Assembly: GCF_035594765.1 (NCBI RefSeq)
Contig: NC_085846.1
Coordinates: 17,781,190-17,845,189, forward strand
DNA: 64,000 nucleotides
Origin: Anolis carolinensis
Taxonomy: Eukaryota
Direction: 5' to 3'
Position numbers and translations under genes: made by a program
The notes under the pieces: model-generated
What the model was told of the DNA's origin: nothing
The model's input: only the letters and a program-made list of their open reading frames with translations
Database searches by the model: none
Part shown: piece by piece, positions 1 through 13,470 of the stretch
How positions within the stretch are numbered: the first letter of the stretch is position 1
How the letters are laid out: each line of letters begins with the position of its first letter

Positions 1-207
1 CCATGTAGCTAGAAACTTTGAATAAAAAGAGCGTGTCCCTGAAAAGTGTCAGTCTTAACAAAGAAGAGAATAGAAAGACAGGCAGGCAGAGAGGGCAGTG
101 GGGAAGGGCTTTCCCTGCCAGCCAAACCATCTACCTATCTAGTTCCTTGATGTGGATTATAAACCTGAGCAGGATGTAGTTGAGTTCCAACAGTTACAAG
201 GGAGTGA

Positions 208-342
<135 letters not shown>

Positions 343-1148
343 CCCATCTGCCCCATCACCCGTTGTTTTTTCCTTCCTCCGGCCGACCTTGCGCCCAGAG
401 CTAACTCTCCCTCTTGTCTTCTTCCGTTGACGTATCATTAACCCATTTCATTGTGTAGTTCCCTGTTGCTGCAACTCTGGGCCAGCAAGGAGAGGATCAG
501 TATTAGAGGCTAGGGGCGGGGGGGGTGGAAGTAGCCAAGAGCCCCACGAATCCATTGCCCCTCATTTCCAGCTCCCTCCTCCCCCAGAAGAACGGGGGCT
601 TTTAGCACAACTGAAGACACATAACGTGGTTAGTCCATCCGTCCGTTTGTTTTAAGGCCTGCGTGCTGACTGCGGACTTTCATAATGAATTTTTTTTTTG
701 TTAGTTGGAATCATTGTTGGTCTCCTCTGCCAAACCGTATTGTCTAGAATTATTCTCCCTCCCATCCTGTTTTCAGAGTAATTCTGCTCTACAACGTCTA
801 CTCTTCTCTCTAGAGCAAAAATGCTGCTTGGGTTTTTTGGGGTTCACTCCTCTATCCAGTGTTCAGTCAAGGGGCAGGGCAAGGGAATGGGAATCCCCAA
901 CTGGTTTATATTAATCAAAAGAATACGGTTGTTCTTTGGGGGGTGGGAGGGTGGGTAGGGGGTGGCATCTCCATTTTGTGGGTGTTGTTTTTTCACTAAT
1001 AGTTTTGTACTTCTCCCTCTCAAATTCCCTGTTTGGATGTGTGGGGTGGGAGTGGGTTTTTTTTTTAATCCCCTGCCCTTTGAGAGCTGACATCGTGTGA
1101 CTTTCATAACTTATGGTTTTTATATGGTTACATTCATGAGGAAAAAAA

Positions 1149-1154
1149 AATAAA
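1149..1154 (+). terminator. PRMT1 polyadenylation signal
   Basis: AATAAA about 800 nt after the stop, followed by a T/GT-rich downstream element (about 1172-1225). Confidence 0.7.
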
Positions 1155-2538
1155 GAGGTTGAAACTAACTACTTCTTCTGTTTTCTTTGGGAAGCTGTTG
1201 TCTGTTATGTAACTGTGTTTGTGGCGTGGGTACAAATTACCTCTAGTTCAAAAAAGTATGTTTTTCAAAATACAAGTTTTCCAAGCTGTCCCCAGAATCA
1301 ATAGATGAACAAGAGCTTGCTTTATTCAGGTATAAGGGAAATGTTTGCGCTCAAAATTCCCAATAAGAAAGAAAGAAAAGTTCAGTATTGTCGAAGGCAT
1401 TCATGGCAGGCAAATTCTTTCTCCCATCCTGAACATTCCACAGTTTTATAAACCCCACTTGCCTAGTTTCCAACACCACAACTTCTGAGGATGCCTGCCA
1501 TAGATGTGGGCAAAATGTCAGGAGAGAATGCTATGGAACACGGCCATACAGCTTGGAAAACTCACAGCAATCCAGTTCGGTATTATTTGTTCTATTTTTT
1601 TCTGGGCAGCACAGTATTAGGGGAAAGTAACTAGTAGAAAAAGCAATGAGAATGACCAAGCCATCTCTCTTCTTCAATATATGTGCATTTATACAGCAGC
1701 TGACCAACCGTACAGCAGGGATGGGCAACTGGAAGATACAGGAGCTGCTTTTGCAATCAATGTAACAGGAACAAAGATTTACATATAAGAAATGCACTTG
1801 TAATTCTAAGATGTACATGTTTAGACATGTTATATGGAAGGGGGTGGGGCTTAGAATGGAATAAAGATGGTATATATAAGACTTGATGGGCTGTTTCTGG
1901 GCTTCCATCGGCGCATAGAAGGCATTTTGAAATGCACATGTGATTGAAATGCCTTCCATAATAAAACCTTGACCCCTGCCTCACAGTGACTATATGGCCA
2001 CTTGGCAGATCCAGTCTTCTAATGTGTATTTGCCTTCAAATTGACTTATGACAATCTCATTAATTGCTTTGGGTTTTCTTAGCAAAGGAATACTTGGGAG
2101 GTCATTTTGCCAGTTTCTCCCCCTTAAATTAACCTACTGGATCTGGCATTCACTAGCACTTTCTTAGTACTCTGAGACAATACTGTAGCACTTGGGTTGG
2201 AAAAGGCAGCTGAGGAAAAGCTTATGAGTTCAAAGCCTTCGCTGTTATGCTGCACCAGCATGAAGTGAACTGAGCACATTAGATACAAACGCTGGTACAA
2301 CTGGGCAAAAGCCAGAACCCATGCGTTGCTGCAGATGCCAATCCCCTGAGCCCTCTTGACTACTCCAATTACGTGTTGCTCCAGTTCACTTACTCCCTTC
2401 GCGTAAGCATACAAACTAAGAAGGAACAGCAACTTTGCCATGCCCTATTGAAGAATCCCTCTAAACTGGAAAATGCCATTGATATCACTGGATCAAATGA
2501 CTGGGAACACAATATAGGATGAGCATATTCCATACTTT

Positions 2539-2544
2539 TTTATT
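2539..2544 (-). terminator. POLR2L polyadenylation signal
   Basis: AATAAA on the minus strand about 180 nt after the stop codon. Confidence 0.6.
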
Positions 2545-2726
2545 GCACATCATTGAATGAGGTGGAGTCCCTCCATTGCACAGCTGCACCCTTTATAGTA
2601 AAAGACGCCAATTAGTTCGACACAAACTAAAAAACCTCATGCCAGAAACAAGCAATCGGGAAAGTATAACAAGTTGAAAGTCATGCTTCGGGATGGTGGC
2701 AACAGTCCTGCTCCGGGACGCCAATG

Positions 2727-3990
<1,264 letters not shown>

Positions 3991-5360
3991 TCAGACAGCT
4001 TCGAATATCTTAGTATGGGACAAAGAGAGAAAATGTGAGATATTCAGACTTGTCTTTTCTTCCTATCATCCCTGCTTTGCTATCCAGACCCTCTTTACAA
4101 GCCAGCACAAGCAGGAGACATAGTGCCTCCAGGTGTTTTGGACTTCAACTCCCACCATTCCTAACAGCCTCAGGCCCCTTCCTTTCCCCCCTCAGCCGCT
4201 TAAGCTTAAGCGGCTGAGGGGGAAAAGGAAGGGGCCTGAGGCTGTTAGGAATGGTGGGAGTTGAAGTCCAAAACACCCGGCGGGCCAAACTTTGCCCTTA
4301 CCTGTCCTATATGTATAGCCACAAACGACAGGTAAGAGTTAAATGAGGCATTGCTCTGTTCACCATAATTAAATTCTTCAGTAATAGTCTTATTATTACA
4401 GTGGGTCCTTGGTATCCCCTGGGGTTTGCGTCCTATATTCCCCATGTAGAACACAGCATTTGATATTTGTTATCGGTCTCCCATCCAAATACTAACCAGG
4501 GGTGACCCTGCTTAGCTTCCAAGATCAGAAGGGATAATAGGCCTTTAGGGATGTGTAGGCCAGTCCAACTGCTTAACTGTTGCTGTTGCTATTGTTGGTT
4601 GAGTGGGCTTATTACAAAAGACCCTCCTCATAAATGTACAGCAGAGTAACTTATTAGTAGCAGCGTGACCCAGCACCAGTAACCAAAAGTGATTAGAAGA
4701 ACACACAGACCAATGTTTATCTCTTTCTTTGAAGGCACGTCTTTATAGCAAGATAATATGGTTGCACTATTTACAAAAAACAAGGTTTCCATAACACAAA
4801 TAAAGTTCTTTATACTTTTTTCTTTGCTTCCACACTGTGCTTCTTTTTCATGAAGATAAACAACTTCGCTCTCACACAGCCTCCTCTCACAATGAACTTA
4901 CACAGGAGCTTTACACACAATGTCATTCACGCAGGAGCTTCACACATGAGGCCTTCAACCTGGGGCTTCTCTCACACGGAAGCTTCTCACACCAGGCCGT
5001 CTCACGCTGAGGCCTACTTCACACTGAGGGCTACTTCACACTGAGGCGTTCTCACACACTGAGGCATTCTAAGCTACAGGCACACCTACTTATATTGAAC
5101 TGCAGTTTTTGCTGAGTCATTGCATTAATTTAACCCTTTCAATGCTGACTCACATTTTTGTAATTATGTGTCATCCTTTCTGACCTATGGCAACCTTATT
5201 ATGGGTCTTCTGCTGGGCTTCTTTCTCATGTACATAAACAGGTTCGCTTTCACAGTGCCTCCTCTCTCAACGAACTTACACAGGAGCTTCACACAGGAGC
5301 TTCACACACAGCATCCTTTGCAGTGGAGTTTCACACACAAGGCCTTTTAATCCTTTAGTA

Positions 5361-6066
5361 CAGTGATCTTCAAGCTTTTTAAGTGGAGGGCCGATTCACA
5401 GTCCCTCGGACTGTTGGGGGCCCGGACTGTGATGAAATAGTCCAAAATTAGGATTGTTTTTGTGTGCCTTCAAGTCGTTTCAGTCTTAGGTCTACCCTAA
5501 GTCTAAAGTTTAGGACAGAGGCCAGGTCAATGACCTTGGAGGGCCTTAGTTTGGGGACTCCTGATCTGGACGATCTCATAAGACCATAGGAAAGCAAAGA
5601 TACCTCCAAAGACCATCTAGATGGTCTCATAAGACCATAGGTAAGGAAAGGGACTTTCAAAGGCCATTTGATGATCTCATAAGACTATCAGAAGACCATA
5701 GAAAAGGAAAAGGACCCTCAAAGGCCATCTAGATGGTTTCATAAGACCATAGGTAAGGAAAGGGGGCCCCAAAGGCCATCTAAACGGTCTCATAGGACCA
5801 TAGGTAAGGAAAGGGACCCTCAAAGGCCATCTAAACAGTCTCATAGGACCATAGGTAAGGAAAGTGACCGCCAAAAGCCATCTTGATGGTCGCATAAGGC
5901 CGTAGCTAAGCAAAGAGACCTTCAAAGACCATCTAGACCAGTGGTCCCCAAACTAAGGCCCGGGGGCCGGATGCGGCCCATCAAAGCCATTTATCCGGCC
6001 CCCACAGCACAAGGGCAGAAGGGGGTTGGGCTAAATGACCCAAGGGGTCTCTTCTTCTCTTACAAC

Positions 6067-6112
<46 letters not shown>

Positions 6113-6243
6113 ATTGATTCTGGGTGGCTATCTGTCAGGGGTGCTTTGTTTGTGCTTTCGGTGCACAAAGGCAGAGGGGGATTGGACTCAATGGCTCAAA
6201 GGGTCTCTTCCAACCCTCTTTTTTGTTGTTGTTGTTGTTGTTG

Positions 6244-6275
<32 letters not shown>

Positions 6276-6681
6276 TATTGCTCGGTGGCCAACTATAGTT
6301 CGGCCCTCCAACGGTCCGAAGGATCGTGAACTGGCCCCGTTTAAAAAGTTTGGGGACCCCTGATCCAGACGATCTCATAAGACCATCGGTAATGAAAGAG
6401 ACCCCCAAAGACCATCTAGATGGTTTCATAAGACCATAGGTAAGGAAAGGGCACCTCAAAGGCCATCTAGATGATCTCATCAGGTCATCAGAAAACCATA
6501 GATAAGGAAAGGGACCCTCAAAGGCCATCTAGACGATATCATAAGACCATAGGTAAGCAAAGAGACCTCCAAAGACCAGATAGACTTAGGTCAACCCTAA
6601 GTCTAAAGTTTAGGACAGGGGCCAGGTAAATGACCTTGGAGGGCCTCATCCGGCCCACAGGCCTTAGTTTGGGGACCCCTG
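5361..6681. mobile_element. Composite non-autonomous hAT element with nested hAT copy and minisatellite
   Basis: CAG...CTG termini, 8-bp TSD CTTTAGTA/CTTTAGTG; nested copy 5939-6362 with TSD ATCTAGAC/ATCCAGAC; about 59-bp tandem repeat 5565-6580. Confidence 0.7.
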
Positions 6682-7141
6682 CTTTAGTGATTAACTCACA
6701 TTTTTGTAATTAAAATTACTTAATTTTTAATATTTCTGACAGCTATATGCTTTCATCATTTCTAACCTATGGCGACCCTATTGTGGGTTTTCTTGACAAG
6801 AAGTGTTCAGAAGGTTTGCCTGAATTTCCTCTGCCTTTGAGGTTGAGAGAGTGTGACTTGCCCGAGATCTCTTAATACCTTGCATGGCTGAACAGACCAA
6901 AATCCACAAAGACAGCTTTTACCCATGACAACACCAGCTCGATTTTTTAAATCTCACCAACTGAGTTTCTGCTAGCATTGCAAAGGGCCATGAAAAAAAA
7001 ATAACCAGGAAGACAGTATTCCAAGTCCTTGCCTATCTAACCCCAATGGGATATACATCTAGAGAAGCCAGAGGCTGTTTTGTTGCCTGCCTAAGTCTCC
7101 TCTGATTCCCTTATTTTGCTTTCTTTTGGTCAATTTCTCAC

Positions 7142-7470
7142 CTTTTTTCTGCTTTTTACTCCTGCTCTCTTCCGGGAAAGCTCTCCAAACGTGGCCCAGC
7201 AGCGTGCCCGGCTGCTTGTTCGCGCTATCTCCCCATCTCACCACTCGAGGGCGCCAGAGAGCAACAGAGGCGCCGCAAAGGGCGGAGAAAGATGCGAGGC
7301 TGCTGCATCGACTCCGCCCCTTTCTCCGTAAGCAGTCCTTTAGTTGCCGTGGCAACGTCGAATGGAATCCTGGGACTTGTAGTCTTTGGAAGAGAAGTTA
7401 GCATTCTTAGCCAGAACGCTATAATGCCTCACTGAACTACAAGCGACAAAAATGTTGCTATGGCAATTAA
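7142..7470 (-). promoter_or_regulatory. Probable POLR2L promoter and non-coding first exon
   Basis: CpG-rich patch, GC boxes (7280-7287, 7312-7320), minus-strand donor AAG|GTGAGA at 7142/7141, X-box GTTGCCGTGGCAAC at 7343-7356. Confidence 0.6.
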
Positions 7471-7555
7471 AGTGGAATCGAAGTGCTACAACAGTGCAGT
7501 GTGGACAGGGTTCAAATTTCCTTGCTTTTGTCACTAATTCACTGGTCGATTCTCA

Positions 7556-10015
7556 GGCCCCTTCTACACTGCCATATAAAATCCAGATCATTTGCTTTGA
7601 ACTGGATTATATGGCAGTGTAGACTCATATAATCAAGTTCAAAGCAGATAGTGTGGATTATTAATTTTGATAATCTGGATTATATGGCAGTGTAGACTCA
7701 TATAATACAGTTCAAATAAAATAATCTAGATTATCATATTTGATAATCAGGATTATATGGCAGTGTAAACTCATACAATCCAGTTCAAAGCAGATAATGT
7801 TGATAGCCGTCGCCCCAGCCTTCAAATTGATTTAAAAAAAAACGCAGCAGAGAGTTCCATAGATTACTCTCCAAAAGAACGGAACGGGACCGCAACAGAC
7901 TATTATTAAAAGACCTTTTTTCCTTCATTTTCCTCTTCCCTGAACTATGTAACAAATCCCCCCAATAAAAGTAGCATTTATTTTAACAGTAACACTCTCT
8001 ATCTGGTTATTTTGTATCTCCCTCTGACTCCTTCCTTTTGCATGCGGTTTCTCTCCCTCCCGTCCTTTAACTCCGGCTGAGGTTCTCCGCCATAGATTAA
8101 CATGGCGGACGATATAAATTGGCTCATATCTCTATCAAAATTACCCCTAGAACGCTCCTCTCTTAGACCTAACCCTTTCTAAGGCTCCTGACTCGAAGAC
8201 AACCAGCAGAACCGGAATCGGTCCAGTTTTCGGCACCTCAACAGCTGACTGTCAAACGGGACCGACAGCTCCTTTCAAGCCAAGCTGCTGCTTTATCCCG
8301 GGTTTTCCTCTCCCCGCGACTCGCGGAATGGTTTTCCCTAGCCCCTTTCTGTGAATTGGGGATGGGGGGATCGCTCTCTCGCGGGGGAGACATAGTTCTC
8401 CAAGGACCCTCACCCTCTACAGCTGCCAGGGGGTGACGGACGGGTGCACTCCACGTTTCATGCATACTTTTGTGATTTTATGAAGAAGAAGAACACTCTT
8501 CCCCAGACCTACCCTTGGACTTATGGAATCCTATACTTCCAAAGACTACAACCCACATGTGCCCCTTCCCATGCCATCTCTATGAATTCCTTATGAACTC
8601 TTTCTCCTCATGTATTTGTGAATTTTCATATTCTATATGACTCACTGTTGTATGAATTTCAAATCGTTGGGCTAACTTCATGGATTGTGAAATCATGTTG
8701 CTTGAACCCCACTTCTATGTTGAATTCCCCAGATGTTGTGAACTTCGTTCTTATCAAATGTTTCCTATTACTTATATCGATTGTTTATGTCATTCATGAT
8801 TCCCCTTTATGCAATGTCACCCACCTTTATGGATTCTCCTTTATTTTCTTGAAAGCTGCCTATCTGCCTATATGTATTTATACTCTTTGGGATCCCCGGA
8901 AAATATGTGTTTTTCCCAGCTGGGTTTATATTCCGACTTTATTTTTAATTTTCATTTTATCCCATATAATTGTCAGATCATGAAATCAAATGGGAAATAT
9001 TATGACCCCAACCTGAACTCTAGCCCCATGACTCAGACCTCCCTTCCCAAAAACAAAAGGATAATCTGCCACAGTTTAATCCCATCTCATTCCGATCGCA
9101 TGGACAATATAGGGCGAGTCACCAAACTAAAGGTGACTCGCCCCCAAGGCAAACATTGTCACATCTCAGGCCAGGACGCCGCAGGAAGGCACCCTGTGGG
9201 GCCGTCAATGATGGCTCATCACCACCCATCACCACTTCCCGTCTGACACCCCAAAGACATATCTAAAATCTGTGAACGTGACAGGACCCCGGACATCCTT
9301 GATGGGTGTCATTAATTCCTTTAGAAATAGGCTGGGCCAGAATTAATCAGATATTTCCTGTCCGGTCACCCCATTGTCTCAATAGCTCCCGCCTCCTCCT
9401 CTCTGATTGGCCCGAGAGGGGACAAAAAGCGGCTCCCCATTGGGCCAGCAGAGCAAGGCGGGAAACGAAAGCCCGCCTCGTTCAACCTCTCAGCCTATCC
9501 GCGATCAGATGGGCAGGGAAGCGGGGCGGGAGATTCAAAGGGCTGTCAGACCGAAACATTGTATAAATATGGCTTTATTTGAAACATATGTTACGCTAGT
9601 AGATTGAATGATCGCTATTAGCGTCCTTTTCAGCTGAATTGCTCAATAAAACTCCTTGGCGGATTTTCCTTCAACTTGGCGGACCTTCTTCATTCCAGGC
9701 TTCAGGTTGTATTGCGGCTTATATTCTTCTTTTGGCTTCGCCAAGGTCCGTTCCCTCAGGACCGGATCGGCTCTCTCCTTAAGGGGCCCGATCCCCCAGA
9801 AACGCGGTCGATAACAATGTGGATTATCTGCTTTAATAATATGGATTATATGGCAGTGTAGATTTATATAATCCAGTTCAAAGCAGACAATCTGGATTAT
9901 CAATTTTGATAACCTGGATTATTTGGCAGTGTAGACTCATATAATCCAGTTCAAAGCAGATAATGTGGATTAACTGCTTTAATAATCTGAATTATATGAC
10001 AATGTAGAAGGGGCC
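7556..10015. mobile_element. PIF/Harbinger-like palindromic MITE, interrupted by the solo LTR
   Basis: TIRs GGCCCCTTCTACAC...TGTAGAAGGGGCC with internal GGATTATATGGCAGTGTAGA repeats. Confidence 0.65.
7801..9816 (+). mobile_element. Solo LTR (ERV or Gypsy-like), about 2.0 kb
   Basis: TG...CA termini, 4-bp TSD ATGT (7797-7800, 9817-9820), cleanly splits a MITE; ATTGG boxes 9406 and 9439, GC box 9521-9530, TATAAAT 9562, AATAAA 9645. Confidence 0.8.
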
Positions 10016-10729
10016 TCTCTGTGATCTGCCCCTCCCCAGATTATAGTTTTCTTAATTGCCTTAAATGGCTTTTAATTACTGTTTTTCAATATGAATATGA
10101 AGTCAAGATAGTGTTTATGGTATAGTATAATATGGGGTATAGTTTTGGACCTTTTTCTAATAATAACTCTCATGCAACCAGAAATTATATCAATGCCAGT
10201 CATCTGAGATCTAATGTAATTTGAATGATCATGGGACACAGTATGATCCCCACATAGTTGTGGAAACCCGTTGGGTGACTTTGAGCAAGTCACACTCTCT
10301 CAGCCTCAGAAGTAAGCCTCTGAATAAACCTTGCCAAGGAAAACCCATAAGAAGGCTAGCAAATGTTGGAGTAGAGCTGAAGGCGCATAACAATAATAAC
10401 AATGTAAACAGAGAGATGTCTTAAGACACCCTTGAGGTTTAGTTTGGAGCTGAAATTGGCCAGAGTCTTTCAGAATCATGTGATGTTCCCATTTAATATG
10501 ATAGTTTAAGCTTCTTATAATTAGCATGACCAAAAAGCACCCTTGGGCAGACCTCGAATTCATTGGGATGAACTACTTGGACAGAAATGGAAAAGAAAAG
10601 CACAGGATTTTACATTTTGGCACATGGTAGATCTGCATGAAGCCCAAAGGAGTGGATCTACAACAAATCGGATATGAATTAGTAGCTTTCAATTAGGGGA
10701 CGAAATGTATGTTTTCATGGATTTGATGG

Positions 10730-11935
10730 GGGCCCTTCCAGACACGCCTTATATCCCAGGATTTGATCCCAGGTTTTCTGCTTTTAACTGGGTTATATGA
10801 GTCCCCACTGGCAGATAATCTGGGATAAGCAGATAATCTGGAATCAGATCCAGGGATAAAGGGTTGTGTAGATCCAGCCTGAGTTGTTAACTATGGCTGG
10901 ATCTACACTGCCATATTATCCAGATTATCAAAGCAGATAATCCACATCATCTGCTTTGAAGCAGATTATATGAGCCCCCTTCTACACTGCCATATAAAAT
11001 CCAGATTATCTGCCTTGAACTGGATTATATGGCACTGAAGACTCATATAATCTAGGCCCCTTCCACACAGTTGAATAAAATCCCACATTTTGTGTTTGAA
11101 GTGGAATATGTGTCAATGTGTACTCAGATAACCCAGTTCAAAGTAGATACTGTGGGATTTTTTACCTTGATATTCTGGGTTATATGGCTGTGTGGAAAGG
11201 CCCCCAGTTGAAAGAAGATAATCTGGATTATCTGTTTTGATAGTCTGGATAATATGTCAGTGTAGAAAGGGCCGAAAAGGAGCCTGTATTCTTTCGTTTT
11301 GACTTTCTTTAGGTGCAAAAATCAAGCATCTATCAATTTATATAGGTGTCAGTTTACTGGGGCCCCTTCTACTCTGCCATATAATCCAGATTATCAAATC
11401 AAATAATCCAGATTATCTGATTTTAACTGGATTATATGAGGGCCCTTTAACACAGCCATATAACCCAGAATATCAAGGCAAATAATCCACAATATTTGCA
11501 TTTGAAACCCTTCCTACAAAATTTCCTCGCCATTTGATCCTCCTTCCAACTGCAATCAAAGACTCATAGTTTGGAGGGGATCACAAAGGTCATCCAGTCC
11601 AGCCCCTGTCATGGGGCCCTTCCACACAGCCCTATATCCCAGAATATCAAGGCAGAAAATCCCATAATATCTGCTTTGAACTGGGTTATCAGAATCCACA
11701 CTCAGATAGTGTGGGATTTTCTGCCTTGATATTCTGGGATACAGGGCTGTGTGGAAGGGCCCATAGAGAACACACCATCAAAGTATTCCCGAGGCCTATT
11801 CTACAATGCTATATAATCCAGATTATCAAAGCAGATGCTCCACTGGATTATCTGAGTGCACACTGCCATATAATCCAGTTCAATGTGGATTGTATACACC
11901 TGCGTGGAAGGAGCCTGAGTCTACACTGCCATATA
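10730..11935. mobile_element. Cluster of nested Harbinger-like MITE copies
   Basis: Repeated GGCCCCTTC(C/T)ACAC termini and ATAATCCAG/CTGGATTAT cores; relatives near 14710, 17580-17833, 24862-24991, 30288-30422, 52050-52200. Confidence 0.6.
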
Positions 11936-11973
11936 ATAATAATAATAAATAAATAAAAAAATATATTATGTCT

Positions 11974-12103
11974 AGGCCATCCTACTGGGATCTACGCGCA
12001 TCATCCGAAAATATATCACACAGTCCTAGACACTTGGGAAGTGTTCGACTTGTGATTTTGTGGTACAAAATCCAGCATATCTATCTTGTTTGCTGTGTCA
12101 TAC

Positions 12104-12155
<52 letters not shown>
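11974..12155 (+). mobile_element. R4/Dong-like LINE 3' end with (TAA)n tail
   Basis: Resembles the squamate R4/Dong 3' terminus (CACACAGTCCTAGACACTTGGGAAGTGTTCGAC...) running into TAA repeats. Confidence 0.6.
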
Positions 12156-12157
<2 letters not shown>

Positions 12158-12645
12158 TTTATTTTTATACCCCGCCCCATCTCCCCGAGGGGACTCAGGG
12201 CGGCTTACATGGGGCCAGGGCCAGGCAACAAACAATATAAAACTCAAGAGTAGAAAACAAATCAAAAACAGATAAAATCACATATACCAATAAACAATAA
12301 ACATACTTTGGTAAAAACCTGTGTTGGCTCCTAAAAGAGGAGTGGGCCAGAAAAGTGCAAATAGTGTACAATGCAAATTAGAAGAGAGGTAGGTACCAGG
12401 GACTATTATCCCATTAAAGTGCTGGAGAAGGTGAGCCTAGGGACAATGTACGGCTAAGGAGTAAAAATACTATAAAGTAAAATAGACAACAGGGTGATCC
12501 AAACTAAGGAAATCAGTCGCCATAATCAAGTCCAACACAGATAATCTGGATTTTATCTGGCAGCGTAGAAAAGGTCTGGGAATCTACTGAATTTGGAACC
12601 TATGTATATGTTAGGACAATATAGTTTTACTTCTTGATGCTACTA

Positions 12646-13022
12646 CAGTAGAGTCTCACTTATCCAACACTCGCTTATCCAAAGTTCTGGATTATCCAAC
12701 GCATTTTTGAGGTCAATGTTTTCAATACATTGTGATATTTTGGTGCTAAATTCGTAAATACAGTAGAGTCTCACTTATCCAAGCTAAACGGGCAGGCAGA
12801 AGCTTGGATAAGCGAATATCTTGGATAATAAGGAGGGATTAAGGAAAAGCCTATTAAACATCAAATTAGGTTGTGATTTTACAAATTAAGTGTTTAATTT
12901 GTAAAATCATAACCTGATTTGATGTTTAATAGGCTTTTCCTTAATCCCTCCTTATTATCCAAGATATTCGCTTATCCAACATTCTGCCGGCCTGTTTATG
13001 TTGGATAAGTGAGACTCTACTG
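12646..13022. mobile_element. Tc1/mariner (Tigger/pogo-like) MITE, rearranged
   Basis: TIR CAGTAGAGTCTCACTTATCCAA with TA flanks; extra internal terminus at 12761. Confidence 0.8.
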
Positions 13023-13149
13023 TATTTCCATGGTGCATTTTATTCCTTTTGCAGGAGAAAGAAGAGAAAGAAGTCCCTCCCCTTGGAGCAGAGGCATGTA
13101 AAAACCCTGCTAATAGACAAATAAGTGATGCCACATGTCTGGGCTGTTT

Positions 13150-13470
13150 TGAGCAAAGAAGGGTCGGGGAATTGCTTGCTTTTCCAGACACAGATCAGAG
13201 GTTTTGGGGTCCAGGCCAGCTTGGGCCTCCCAATTCCCTCCCAGAGAAGTCTTTCCCCTCCTAGAGCCCCTTGGGCTCCTCCCCAGATCTGCAAAAAAGC
13301 CTCTGCCCCTTTCCTCCCCTCCCATTTCCTTCCCTCTGTCCCGTGCTGGAATTTGCTCCCTCCCTTCCCATCCTGCATCCCACAGCCAAGGAAAGGCTTG
13401 GAGGCCCCCAAGTGCCTGGGAAGGGGGCCTGCCCCACATCAAGGACTCCCCAGACCCGGGACCAAGGTGA
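13150..13470 (+). promoter_or_regulatory. Possible non-coding first exon of the tetraspanin
   Basis: Unique GC-rich island among repeats ending in a strong donor AAG|GTGAGG near 13466; no transcript evidence. Confidence 0.3.

Noticed and set aside
4470-4535. 5S rRNA-like sequence
   Set aside because: Partial and diverged; a SINE head rather than a 5S gene (same for 62735).
6035-6363. Poly-I/C/Y/L ORFs
   Set aside because: Translations of (TAT)n and (TGT)n microsatellites.
5565-6580. Regular repeats superficially like a CRISPR array
   Set aside because: Eukaryotic minisatellite with no unique spacers and no cas genes.
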